From Gemmatimonadota bacterium (GTDB lineage: Bacteria > Gemmatimonadota > Gemmatimonadetes > Longimicrobiales > Gaopeijiaceae): a DNA stretch of 64,000 nt. Position numbers and translations under genes: made by a program. Shown in pieces: positions 19,081 through 28,838 of the stretch; the first letter of the stretch is position 1, and each line of letters opens with the position of its first letter. The stretch is from positions 160,001 through 224,000 of the forward strand of contig JAXHMG010000002.1 of assembly GCA_034521595.1 (NCBI GenBank), written 5' to 3'. The notes under the pieces were generated by a model, which worked only from the letters and a program-made list of their open reading frames with translations, was not told where the DNA came from and made no database searches.

Positions 19081-20169
19081 TCAACGAGTGAACCTCAGCC
19101 TGGCCGCGACCCCCTCGGCCTCGTCATCCAAGCGGTCGGCGCTCTCTTCGGCCAACTCTTCCACGGCGGCTCCCTGCTCGAAGGCGGTGCCTACGAAGTG
19201 GTCCGCGAGATCCGGATGCGCTTCCCGGAACGCCCGGGTGAGAAGCAGGGTCTCCACGCGCGCCCCCCGCAACGCGTCTTCGGTCGCCTCGATGCCGAGG
19301 GAGCCCTTGCCGCCCGAGCGTGCCTGGTCGAAGACCGCTTGTAGAAGCTCGCCCTGCCGCCGCGCGCTCACTTCCGAAGCAGCCCTCTCGACCACGGCGC
19401 GCACTTCGGCATCGCTCATCGCCAGATGCAGGGAGGGCTCGGTGCTCAGCCGGTCCGAGAGTCCGGCGAGTTGGTGCTCGACCGCCGATTCGGCTTCCTT
19501 GGTCCCCCCGAGCACGACGAAGCCATCCGATCCAGCGAGATCGCGGACCACCTCGATAAGCCGACCGTGAAGACGGGAGGCGCTCACCTCCAACGCCCGG
19601 TGAGCAGCGTCGGTGCCGGTTTCGCCGCGCGCCCCGGAATGCGTGGCGGCCCGCTTCGACATGCCGGCCTCCCCGTAGTCCCCGATATCCGCGTCCGCGA
19701 GCAGATCTGCTCGCTCCCGGAGCTCTCCGCCCCGGTACGTGAACACGCGGGCCTTCCGATTGTCGACGAGCGCGGCGACCACGGTGCGATCCTGCTTGAG
19801 CGCCCGCACGTAGGGAGCCGCGCGCAATCCCTTCTCCCATCGGACCAGGTGCGGCATCGGGACGGGGACCTCTTCCGCATAAGCCAACTCGTCGGGCGTG
19901 GCGAAGCCGACCCAACCCTTGGCCGGCAGGAACGCGCCGAACCGTCCAAGACGATCCTCGACCTGGGCGCGCGCCCGATCGAACGCTGCGACTTCCGCGG
20001 GTGCTTCGGCTTCGAGGCGCGCCCGCTCCTTCGCCAACCCCTGCTCGAGCTCCAGGGCCCACGCACGGCGCTCGGCCGGATCATGGCCGTCGCCGTCCAC
20101 GTACACGCTGAGCACGTTCTGGTCGCGGTGGGTTCTGTACAGGTCGATCAGTCGGTCCCGATTCAGCAT
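19081..20169 (-). CDS. Bacterial aeRF1-like (baeRF) protein lacking GGQ
   Basis: VLSVYVD N-domain, ALVDNRKARVF middle domain, L7Ae-like C-domain VETLLL...GVAARLRF. Confidence 0.8.
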   Translation of the reverse strand: MLNRDRLIDLYRTHRDQNVLSVYVDGDGHDPAERRAWALELEQGLAKERARLEAEAPAEVAAFDRARAQVEDRLGRFGAFLPAKGWVGFATPDELAYAEEVPVPMPHLVRWEKGLRAAPYVRALKQDRTVVAALVDNRKARVFTYRGGELRERADLLADADIGDYGEAGMSKRAATHSGARGETGTDAAHRALEVSASRLHGRLIEVVRDLAGSDGFVVLGGTKEAESAVEHQLAGLSDRLSTEPSLHLAMSDAEVRAVVERAASEVSARRQGELLQAVFDQARSGGKGSLGIEATEDALRGARVETLLLTRAFREAHPDLADHFVGTAFEQGAAVEELAEESADRLDDEAEGVAARLRFTR

Positions 20170-20530
20170 GAAGTCGTCTCCTCCGAATGGACGTGGCAGG
20201 GCGTGCGCGATCGAAGATCGCCACCCGCTACGCGGTCATTGCCGTCAAAAGTTGGTATCCCCCCGTGAACGTCATCGTTGCATCGCAGGAGCGGCTCCGG
20301 CTCCGAGCCCTGCTCCGCGGAGGTGCGCACGCGATGCGTCGAGCTTCCCTCCCGTGTCCATGGGGTCACGATACGGTTCGGGACCGCGCTGAACAACACG
20401 ACGGAGCCGCGGCCCAAAAGAGCCGGCCTCGACCGGACGCCGGAACGGCTCGGATGGCCGGACGTCAGCACCCGGTGGCGGGAACCCTGCCCGCCGGAGG
20501 CCTCACGACGGACGACACGTGCGACTCGAT

Positions 20531-20998
20531 TCAGCCCTCTTCGATGATGTCGGCGGTCCAGACCACCTCGACCGCACCTTCGAGACTCTTCGCCGTCGGA
20601 CACTTCGCGACATGGGTTTCAAGCGCTCGATCGACCTTGTCCCTGGGCGCGCCCGCCGGGAGCCGGAGGGTGTAGTGGACGTGAATCCGCGTCAGGACCA
20701 CGACCTTGTCGACCACTTCGTTCATGCCTTCGGCCCGAACCTGAATCGCATCGGGCTCCATCGGAATCCCGCGCACCTCCAGTGCGCCATTGAGGGTTCC
20801 GAGTAGTCACCCGGCCGCCGCCGCGACCAGGTAGTCGACCGGAAGCGGACGATCCGGCTCGTCGTCGAGCCCGTAGGCCGATTTGACCGGACCGTGCACG
20901 CCGAACTCGAGAGTCGTTCCATCGTGCAGCGTCGCACGCCGATGCACACCGGCGATCTTCTCGACCTTCGACCGTGACACGTATACGGGATCGCTCAT
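20531..20998 (-). CDS. OsmC-family probable selenoprotein (155 aa, UGA at codon 64)
   Basis: ORFs 20807..20998 and 20531..20776 are in one frame: PVDYLVAAAAG-U-LLGTLNGALEVRG...KCPTAKSL; AGGAG SD. Confidence 0.85.
20761..20802 (-). promoter_or_regulatory. Candidate bacterial SECIS element
   Basis: UCGGAA-CCC-ucaaug-GCGCAC-uggag-GUGCGC-GGG-a-UUCCGA begins 5 nt after the UGA; apical loop G at +27. Confidence 0.7.
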
Positions 20999-21072
20999 CG
21001 ATCATCTCCTCGAGCCGTGTTCGTGATGACTGCGGTGCCGCTCGAACGATAACAAAAGAAGCCGATGGGACT

Positions 21073-21102
21073 TAACAGCCCGTCGTAGCTCACGGGCGGC
21101 TA
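21073..21102. repeat. Short palindrome related to the ends of the 37523-37795 element
   Basis: TAACAGCCCGTCGTAG matches the left end 14/16; CACGGGCGGCTA matches the right end 11/12. Confidence 0.6.
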
Positions 21103-21306
21103 TGCATCCCGGTCCGCCTCCGGCTCGTAGCCCGAGCAACGCAGCACGGGGAGCGGGGGGTATTTGCTGAAGCGGTCGTCCGTGAGCGACCGTTCGCACA
21201 TGTAGAAGCGCGAGCCCCGTCGGTTCTCGACGACTCGCCGGTGGCGACACGACGCGCAAAGCCCCGCGAACGCCACGGCAGGGTCGGGCCCCGATGCCAC
21301 CGTCAC
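21100..21306 (-). CDS. Small four-Cys protein (putative metal-binding)
   Basis: GLCASCRH...FYMC...KYPPLPVLRC; GTGA overlap with pgeF. Confidence 0.7.
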   Translation of the reverse strand: MTVASGPDPAVAFAGLCASCRHRRVVENRRGSRFYMCERSLTDDRFSKYPPLPVLRCSGYEPEADRDA

Positions 21307-22082
21307 TGGCGGATGCCTAGGAACGCGACCTGCCGGCCCGTGTCACCGCCACGGTGCGAGAAGAAGCGCCCGTCCCCGCACCGGGTGCAGTGTCCCGACA
21401 CGGAGATCTTGCCGGCGTCGATCCCCGCCGTCACTGCCCGGCGGGCGAGCACCAGCCGGAGGTCGACGGGCTCGGGCCCGGGTGGGACCGGGAGCCCGAG
21501 GGCCTCGAACACCTCTCCCCCGACCTCGTAGCAGGCCCCGCATATCGACGGCCCCATATGGACGTACAAGCCACCGCGACGCTCCTCGGGGAAGGCCCTG
21601 ATCCCTCGCTCCAACACGCCGGCCGCGGTCCCTCTCCAACCCGCGTGCAACAGCCCGACCTCGCGCTCCTCCGGCTCCACGAGGGAGACGGGCACGCAGT
21701 CGGCGACCGAGACGGCGAGCACCACGCCCGGCACCTTCGTGACGTGACCGTCGCAATCCGGCGGCAGAATCAAGCCGGGGCCGGTCTGCCGGTGGCGCCG
21801 GACCGTCGCGCCGTGCACCTGCTTCGCGTGGACGACCGATCGCGTGCCCAGGCGGCGACGGAACAGCCTCCACCGTTCCCGGGCACCGACGGCTTCCACG
21901 GCACCGCCGAACAAGCGGAGGTCGAATTGCCCGTCTCCCGCCTCGCTTCCCCGCGTCGTCGTCCCCTGTAGCAACCACGGAAACGCCCGCGACCAAGCCG
22001 CGTGCGTCACCGCCGGAACCTCGTCCCACGGCTCCTCGTACACCACGGATACGTCGGGCCACTCCGTTGTCTCGGTGCCCAC
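21303..22082 (-). CDS. pgeF: YfiH/PgeF laccase-domain protein
   Basis: QVHG, ADCVP, HAGWRG, GPSICGACYEVG, CTRC..FFSHR; GGAGG SD before GTG 22082. Confidence 0.9.
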   Translation of the reverse strand: MGTETTEWPDVSVVYEEPWDEVPAVTHAAWSRAFPWLLQGTTTRGSEAGDGQFDLRLFGGAVEAVGARERWRLFRRRLGTRSVVHAKQVHGATVRRHRQTGPGLILPPDCDGHVTKVPGVVLAVSVADCVPVSLVEPEEREVGLLHAGWRGTAAGVLERGIRAFPEERRGGLYVHMGPSICGACYEVGGEVFEALGLPVPPGPEPVDLRLVLARRAVTAGIDAGKISVSGHCTRCGDGRFFSHRGGDTGRQVAFLGIRQ

Positions 22083-22236
22083 GAAAGGGAACCTCCATCG
22101 GTATCGAAGTCGGTCGATCCCCAGAAAGTAACGAGCCTCGCCGAAATTCACCCTCCAACAGGCGGACCGATTGCGGTACCTTTGTCGGATACTTCGAAGC
22201 TCTGCTTTTCGTTGACGGCTCATCGGCCGCACCAGG

Positions 22237-25110
22237 ATGATGGACGACACGCTTTTCGACAGTTTCAACGCCGCGTACGCGCAGGCGATGTACGAGCAGT
22301 TCGCCCGCAACCCCGACGCCGTCCCGGCCGAGTGGCGCCGGCTCTTCGCCGACGGGGGGTCCCAGGCGATCGCCGAGGGACTCTTCCTTCCCGACCAGCT
22401 GAACGGACACCGCGCTGCCCCGCCCGAGGCGAGCACCGTGCCGGCGCCGACGGCCCCGGAAGAGGAGATCTCGGACGAGTCGGCCGAGATGCTACGGCGG
22501 TCCCTGCCCGCGATCTCCCGTGCGACCGCCCTCGTGCAAGCGTTCCGTGACCACGGACACCAACTCGCTCGAATCGACCCGTTGGGGACCGAACCGCCCG
22601 GACACCCACAACTCTCTCCGGCGTTCTTCGGCACCTCCATGGAGGAGCTCGCGGAGGTTCCCGCCTCCTTCATCCTGGACAACCTGGAGAATGCCGGAGA
22701 GGGTGCGTCCGTGGCCGACGCCCTCCAGCAGCTGAGCGAGATCTACGCGGGCAGCATCGGGTACGAGTTCGAGCATCTCGACGACCACAAGAAGGTTTCG
22801 TGGCTGTGGACTCAGGTCGAAGGCGGCACACATACGCCTTCCCTCTCCGCGCAGGAAAAGAAGGAGCTCCTTCGGCGCCTGACCCAAGTCGAGGGTCTCG
22901 AGCAGTTCATACACAAAGCCTACCTCGGCCAGAAGCGGTTCTCCCTGGAAGGCAACGACACGCTCATTCCCATGCTGGACCTCGCGATCCACATGTCTGC
23001 TCGCGGAGGCGGGAGCGAAGTCGTCATCGGCGCGGCGCACCGGGGACGATTGAATGTCCTGACCCACACGGTCGGCGTGTCGTACGGCGAGCTTCTGGCG
23101 GAGTTCGAAGGCCCGTCATACAAGGGCGGGCAACTCGACATCGGTGGAACCGGGGACGTCAAGTACCACCACGGCGGACGCGGCAAGCGGGTGTTCAGCC
23201 AGGGGGAGTCCATCGACGTGTCGCTAGCGCCCAATCCCAGCCACCTGGAGTTCGTGAACCCGGTGGTGATGGGCATGGCGCGCGCCCGCCAACTCGACGG
23301 CCCTTCAAAGAGCCTGAAGCCGGACACACAGAGCGTACTTCCTATTCTGATGCACGGCGACGCCGCATTCGCGGCGGAAGGCGTGGTCGCGGAAACGCTC
23401 AACATGGCCCGGCTCGAAGGCTACAACGTCGGCGGAACGATCCACGTCATCGTCAACAACCAGGTCGGATTCACGACGGACCCGAAAGACGGCCGGTCGA
23501 CGCACTACGCGAGCGATCTCGCGAAGGGCTACGGAATCCCCGTGGTGCACGTGAACGCCGACGACCCGGAAGCTTGCCTCGCTGCCATGCGCCTGGCGAT
23601 GGCCTACCGGAGCGAGTTCGGGGACGACTTCGTGATCGACCTGCTCGGCTACCGCAGATACGGGCACAACGAGGGGGACGAGCCGGCCTACACACAGCCG
23701 ATCCTGTACCGTAAGATCGCCGAGCACCCGACCGTCCGCGCGTTGTACACCGAGCGCCTCGTGGGTGAGGACGTGTTGACGGAGGACGACGCTTCGGCCT
23801 ACCAGGACGAGGTTTCCGAGGTACTCAGAACCGCCCAAGACCACGTACGGGAGGAGCTCGCGTCCGGAAACGGGGCCGAGGGCGAGCCCGAGATCGAGCC
23901 GGACGACCCCCATCCGGAAGTCGAGCCCGAGAGCACGGCCGTGGCTTTCGACGTGCTGGCGCACATCAACGAGACCAGCCTCACGGTTCCCGAGGGGTTC
24001 AAGCCGCACGACAAGCTCTGGCGGCAGCTCTCCCGCCGGGCCAAGGACTTCTCGCCCGAGCGGTCCCTCGATTGGGGACATGCCGAGTCACTGGCCTTCG
24101 GGAGCCTGTTGATCGACGAGATTCCGGTGCGTCTCACCGGCCAGGATGCGGAGCGCGGCACATTCAGCCATCGGCACCTCGTGCTCCATGACTCCGAGAC
24201 CGGTCAGGAGATCCTCCCGCTCCAAGCAGTGGCGGACGCGCGACTGGAGGTCTTCAACTCGCCGCTCACCGAGACCGCGGTCATCGGCTTCGAGTACGGC
24301 TACTCGGTCGGAGCGGACGAGGACGTGGTGCTCTGGGAGGCGCAGTTCGGCGATTTCGTGAATGTCGCGCAGGTGATGATCGATCAGTTCCTGTCCTCGG
24401 GCCTGACCAAGTGGGGGCAGCACTCGCGTCTCATGCTGCTCTTGCCCCACGGACACGAGGGTCAGGGGCCGGAGCACTCCAGCGCGCGACTCGAACGCTT
24501 CCTTCAGCTCTGCGCCGAAGGGAACATGCGGGTCACCTACCCGACGACGCCGGCCCAGTATTTCCACATGCTGCGCCGTCAGGCGTTCCGTCGCCCCGAG
24601 CGGCCGATGATCGTGATGACGCCGAAGAGCCTTCTCCGCCACCCGATGGCGACGTCGACGGTGCAGGACCTGACGGAAGGAGGGTTCCAGCCCGTGCTCC
24701 GGGACCCGAACGAACCCGACCCGGACAAGGTCACGCGGCTCGTGCTCTGCACGGGTAAGATCTACTACGACATCGCGGGGCACGATCGCAGGTCCGAAGC
24801 AGAGGAAGTCGCGATCGCGCGGATGGAGCTCCTCTATCCGTTCCCGGCCGAAGCGCTGGAAGCGCTCCTGGGCTCGTATCCCAACCTCCGTGAGGTCGTG
24901 TGGACCCAGGAAGAGCCGCGGAACATGGGGGCCCTCACCTACGTGGGCCCGCGGCTTCGCCCGGTGGTGCCGCGAGAGGTCGCACTCTCGTATACGGCGC
25001 GGCCCGAGCGCGCGAGCCCCGCCGAAGGGAAGAGCCGAGACCACGTCAAGCAGCAGAATCGACTCGTGCTGGAGGCGCTGGGGCTGGAAGGAGCTTCGGA
25101 AGAGAGCTAG
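22237..25110 (+). CDS. sucA: 2-oxoglutarate dehydrogenase E1
   Basis: GQKRFSLEG, GDVKYHHG, NPSHLE, HGDAAF, WEAQFGDF, GQGPEHSSARLERFLQ. Confidence 0.97.
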   Translation: MMDDTLFDSFNAAYAQAMYEQFARNPDAVPAEWRRLFADGGSQAIAEGLFLPDQLNGHRAAPPEASTVPAPTAPEEEISDESAEMLRRSLPAISRATALVQAFRDHGHQLARIDPLGTEPPGHPQLSPAFFGTSMEELAEVPASFILDNLENAGEGASVADALQQLSEIYAGSIGYEFEHLDDHKKVSWLWTQVEGGTHTPSLSAQEKKELLRRLTQVEGLEQFIHKAYLGQKRFSLEGNDTLIPMLDLAIHMSARGGGSEVVIGAAHRGRLNVLTHTVGVSYGELLAEFEGPSYKGGQLDIGGTGDVKYHHGGRGKRVFSQGESIDVSLAPNPSHLEFVNPVVMGMARARQLDGPSKSLKPDTQSVLPILMHGDAAFAAEGVVAETLNMARLEGYNVGGTIHVIVNNQVGFTTDPKDGRSTHYASDLAKGYGIPVVHVNADDPEACLAAMRLAMAYRSEFGDDFVIDLLGYRRYGHNEGDEPAYTQPILYRKIAEHPTVRALYTERLVGEDVLTEDDASAYQDEVSEVLRTAQDHVREELASGNGAEGEPEIEPDDPHPEVEPESTAVAFDVLAHINETSLTVPEGFKPHDKLWRQLSRRAKDFSPERSLDWGHAESLAFGSLLIDEIPVRLTGQDAERGTFSHRHLVLHDSETGQEILPLQAVADARLEVFNSPLTETAVIGFEYGYSVGADEDVVLWEAQFGDFVNVAQVMIDQFLSSGLTKWGQHSRLMLLLPHGHEGQGPEHSSARLERFLQLCAEGNMRVTYPTTPAQYFHMLRRQAFRRPERPMIVMTPKSLLRHPMATSTVQDLTEGGFQPVLRDPNEPDPDKVTRLVLCTGKIYYDIAGHDRRSEAEEVAIARMELLYPFPAEALEALLGSYPNLREVVWTQEEPRNMGALTYVGPRLRPVVPREVALSYTARPERASPAEGKSRDHVKQQNRLVLEALGLEGASEES

Positions 25111-25116
25111 CGACCC

Positions 25117-26106
25117 TCACCAGCTGAGCAGGATCTTCCCGAAGTTGCGGTTCTCCTCCATATAGTGATGCGCGGCGGGCGCGTCGCGGGCCTCGAACGC
25201 TCGGTCGACGACGGGGGTCAGGGCACCGTCCGAAAACCCCGGGAGCACGTCTTCCTCGAAAGCCCGAGCCAGCTCGATCTTCTCCGAGAGCGGCCGGGAC
25301 CGGAGCACGGTGCCGCGGAGCGTCGCGCGCCTGCGCATGAGGGTGCCCAGGTTTACGGAAGCCCGGGCGCCACCGGGTATCCCCACCACGATGTGCCGCC
25401 CTCCGTGCCCCAACACGCGCTGATTCCCTTCCAGGTACGCGCCTCCCACGAGGTCGAGCACAACGTCGGCCTGCCGCCCCCCGGTGGCATCGAGCATGGC
25501 GTCCGCCCAGTCATCACCGCCTTCGATCCCGGTCTTCAGGCCGAGCTCGGTTGCGGCCTCGAGCTTCTCGGACGTCCGGGACGTACCCACGACCTCCGCC
25601 CCGAGCCGAAGCCCGAGCTGGAGCGCGGCGGTGCCGACGCCGCTGCCCACGGCGTGCACGAGGAGAAGCTCGTCCCGATTCAATCGGGCCTGCAACAAGA
25701 CTGCGTCGTAGGCGGTCATGAACGCCTCGGGAATCGCCGCGGCGGTCACGAGGTCCATCGACGCGGGGACGAGGAGGAGCTCGTCGGGGAAAGCGATCAC
25801 GTACTCGGCATAGCCGCCGCCCCCCGTGATCCCCATGACGCTCCGGCCGGTCCACGCCTCCGACACTCCGTCCCCCACGCGGTCGACGACGCCGGAGAAC
25901 TCCATGCCGGGAATGTCCTGGGGATAGCCGTCCGGCGCGGGGTACCGGCCGAGCCTCTGAACCAGATCGGCCCGATTCACGCCGGAGGCGGCAACCCGCA
26001 CCCGCACCGTTCCGGACGCCGGCTCGGGTCTGGGGACCGAGGCCGGCTCCAACACGTCCGGGGGGCCGGGCTCGCGAATTCGAATTACCTGCATACGCTC
26101 GCTCAT
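25117..26106 (-). CDS. NAD(P)H-quinone oxidoreductase (PIG3/MDR family)
   Basis: GVNRADLVQRLG.YP, HAVGSGVG, NRNFGKI. Confidence 0.92.
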   Translation of the reverse strand: MSERMQVIRIREPGPPDVLEPASVPRPEPASGTVRVRVAASGVNRADLVQRLGRYPAPDGYPQDIPGMEFSGVVDRVGDGVSEAWTGRSVMGITGGGGYAEYVIAFPDELLLVPASMDLVTAAAIPEAFMTAYDAVLLQARLNRDELLLVHAVGSGVGTAALQLGLRLGAEVVGTSRTSEKLEAATELGLKTGIEGGDDWADAMLDATGGRQADVVLDLVGGAYLEGNQRVLGHGGRHIVVGIPGGARASVNLGTLMRRRATLRGTVLRSRPLSEKIELARAFEEDVLPGFSDGALTPVVDRAFEARDAPAAHHYMEENRNFGKILLSW

Positions 26107-26209
26107 CCTCGGACGCTACCCACCGCCCGGACCGCTGTCCACGCCGTGCTGCATGGCGCTCCGCCCGTCGCTACCTTCTTTTCCCCTTCGAGCCTCCGAC
26201 CCCTACACG

Positions 26210-27115
26210 ATGAACCTACCGTTCCAGCTCGACCGACCGCTCGTCTTCTTCGACCTCGAGACGACAGGCCTCGACGTCAAACGGGATCGGATCGTGGAGA
26301 TGGCGCTCATCAAGATGACGCCCCACGGCGACGTCCTCGAGCGTGTCCGGCGCTTCGACCCCGAGATGTCGATTCCACCGGAGGCCACCGCGGTGCACGG
26401 GATCGCGGACGCGGACGTGGCGGACGAGGAGCCGTTCTGCCGGCGAGCCCGCGGGCTCGCAGAAATCCTGGAAGGATGCGACCTCTGCGGCTTCAATATC
26501 CGCGGTTACGACCTGCCCATGCTCCTCCAGGAGTTCAAGCGCTGCGGCGTTCGGTTCTCCCTCGAAGGCAGGAGGGTGATCGACGTGCAGAACATCTTCC
26601 ACCGTGAAGAGCCGCGCGATCTTTCGGCGGCCGCGCGGTTCTACCTGGAGCGGGAACACGAAGAGGCGCATACCGCCCTCGGCGATATCCGCACGTCGGC
26701 GGCGGTCTTGGGAGCCCAACTCGAACGCTACGAATCGCTACCGCGGGACCTCGACGGCTTGCACGAGTACTGCGAGGAGTACGCTCCCATCCGCACCGAG
26801 CTGAGTCGCTGGTTCTCCGGTCCCGAAGGCGGCCGCGCATTCCGTCGGGGCAAGCACAACGGCCGCCCTCTCGACGAGGTCGCGAGATCGGATCCGGGCT
26901 ACCTGGAGTGGATGCTCGGAGCCGACGACATGGACGACGATGTCCTGGCCGTGGTCCGCGACGCGCTCGAGCGTGCACGTGACGGACGTGATGAAGCCGA
27001 GCCCGGATCGAATTCCGGACCGTCGGGCACATCGAGTCATGGTTCGGGGTTTACACCCCGCGACGGAGATTCGGAGCCCGCGACCCGCTCGACCCAACCG
27101 GACCCACCCACATGA
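26210..27115 (+). CDS. DnaQ-like DEDDh 3'-5' exonuclease
   Basis: FFDLETTG, GFNIRGYDL, HTALGD; C-terminal GKHNG...DPGYLEW extension. Confidence 0.9.
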   Translation: MNLPFQLDRPLVFFDLETTGLDVKRDRIVEMALIKMTPHGDVLERVRRFDPEMSIPPEATAVHGIADADVADEEPFCRRARGLAEILEGCDLCGFNIRGYDLPMLLQEFKRCGVRFSLEGRRVIDVQNIFHREEPRDLSAAARFYLEREHEEAHTALGDIRTSAAVLGAQLERYESLPRDLDGLHEYCEEYAPIRTELSRWFSGPEGGRAFRRGKHNGRPLDEVARSDPGYLEWMLGADDMDDDVLAVVRDALERARDGRDEAEPGSNSGPSGTSSHGSGFTPRDGDSEPATRSTQPDPPT

Positions 27116-27498
27116 TCCTGTTCTACGCACACTCCGGCTTCCGCTACCTCGTGCTGCTCGTCGGCCTGCTCGTCATCGCCTACGCGGCATACGGCCTGGC
27201 GACCAAGCGACCGTACGACCGCACGATGCGGATCCTCGCAGTGACCTTCACCGGCTCGGTCGACCTGACCGCGCTACTCGGCGTCTCGTACCTCTTCGTG
27301 GGCACGTTCTACCCGCAGCTCGGCGGCCACATCGTGACCATGATCCTGGCCGTGGTCGTGGCCCACGTCGTCTCCGGCGTCATGAAGCGACGGCCTTGGG
27401 AGGAACGGACTTACGCACCCCACCTCGTCGGCACGGTGATCGTGCTCGCGCTGGTCGCGACGGGCATCCTTGCGATCGGGCGTCCCATCGTAGGCTGA
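27112..27498 (+). CDS. Four-TM membrane protein
   Basis: AHSGFRYLVLL and HIVTM; four hydrophobic segments; ATGA coupling. Confidence 0.75.
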   Translation: MILFYAHSGFRYLVLLVGLLVIAYAAYGLATKRPYDRTMRILAVTFTGSVDLTALLGVSYLFVGTFYPQLGGHIVTMILAVVVAHVVSGVMKRRPWEERTYAPHLVGTVIVLALVATGILAIGRPIVG

Positions 27499-27520
27499 CG
27501 AGCCGTACGAGGCCATTTCC

Positions 27521-28742
27521 ATGACGTTCGACCCACCACCGCTTCCACCGCTCGAACCGGTCGTGGAACGCTCTCCCTGTCCCCGACCCGAGGACCTCGG
27601 GATCGTCATGGGTGGGGGCGGAGCGCGGGCCGCGTACCAGGTGGGCGTCCTCCGGTTCATGGCCCGTCGGTTTCCGGAGCTCGGCGTTCCGTACATCACA
27701 GGGAGTATCCGCGGGCGCCATCAACGCGGCTCTGCTCGCTTCTCATCACGGGAGCTTCCTCCAAGCCGTCGACGAGCTCAACCACCTGTGGGGACACCTC
27801 ACCCTGGAGAACGTCTTTCGGGTCGATACACGCACCCTGCTCACGAATGTCTTCCGGTGGCTTCGTCAGCTTGCCTCCGGAGGTTTGGGAACGACCGATC
27901 CCGCGCGGGGCCTCGTGGATACGCAACCGCTCCGTGAGTACCTGACCGAGGTTCTGCACGCGGTCGACGGAGAGCTGACCGGCATCCGCTACAATCTGGA
28001 GCACGGCCGGCTGCAGGCGTTAGCCATCAGCACGTCGAGCTATTCGACCGGGGAGTCGGTCACGTGGGTTCAAGGCGCCGACATCAGGGAGTGGGAGCGC
28101 CCGGGACGGACCGCGCGCAAGACGACCATGGGTGTGGAGCACATCATGGCCTCGGCGGCTCTTCCCCTGTTCTTTCCGGCCGTCCGGGTGGGGAGCGAAT
28201 GGTACGGGGATGGCGGAGTGCGCCTCACGGCACCACTCGCGCCGGCGCTGCATCTCGGAGCGCGCCGGGTCCTGGCGATCTCCACGCGGTACGAGGACCC
28301 GAATCCCGACGGGGCTACTCCGACGGCCCACGGCTACCCACCGCCGGCACAGGTCGTGGGTGTGCTCATGAACTCCATCTTCCTCGATCTGCTCGACCAG
28401 GACGCGGTGCGACTCCAACGCCTCAATCGCCTCCTCGCGCAGCTCCCCGAAGCACATCGTGAAGGCTTGGAGCCGGTGCGGCTCTTGACCCTCCGACCCT
28501 CCCGCGACCTGGGGAAGCTCGCCGGGGACTACGAAGCACGGCTCCCGAGGGCGTTCCGGTTCCTCACGCGGGGCCTCGGAACCAAGCAGACCCGCAGCCC
28601 GGACGCCCTGAGCTTGATCCTGTTCCAGCCCGATTACTTGCGCGCGTTGATGGATATCGGAGAGGAGGACGCCGAGACCCGAGCAGAGGAGATCGAGGAG
28701 TTTCTCTGCGCCGGACCGGCGAGCGCGGCACGGCCGGTATGA
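27521..28742 (+). pseudogene. Patatin-like phospholipase with one extra G at 27701-27703
   Basis: GGGARAAYQVG in one frame, VSAG and DGG in the next; removing one G restores TGVSAG. Possibly a sequencing error. Confidence 0.85.
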
Positions 28743-28838
28743 GCTGGGCGTGCGTAATCCCGCGATCTCCGGTCGACCTGTTAGATTTCGCTGCGGTCCC
28801 TCGGAGACGCGCGACCCCTTCCGACCGAAGGAGAGGCC

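Noticed and set aside
20170-20530. Small ORFs or an FNR-like site between osmC and the baeRF gene
   Set aside because: ORFs are Arg/Pro/Gly-rich noise; TTGCCGTCAA lacks FNR spacing.
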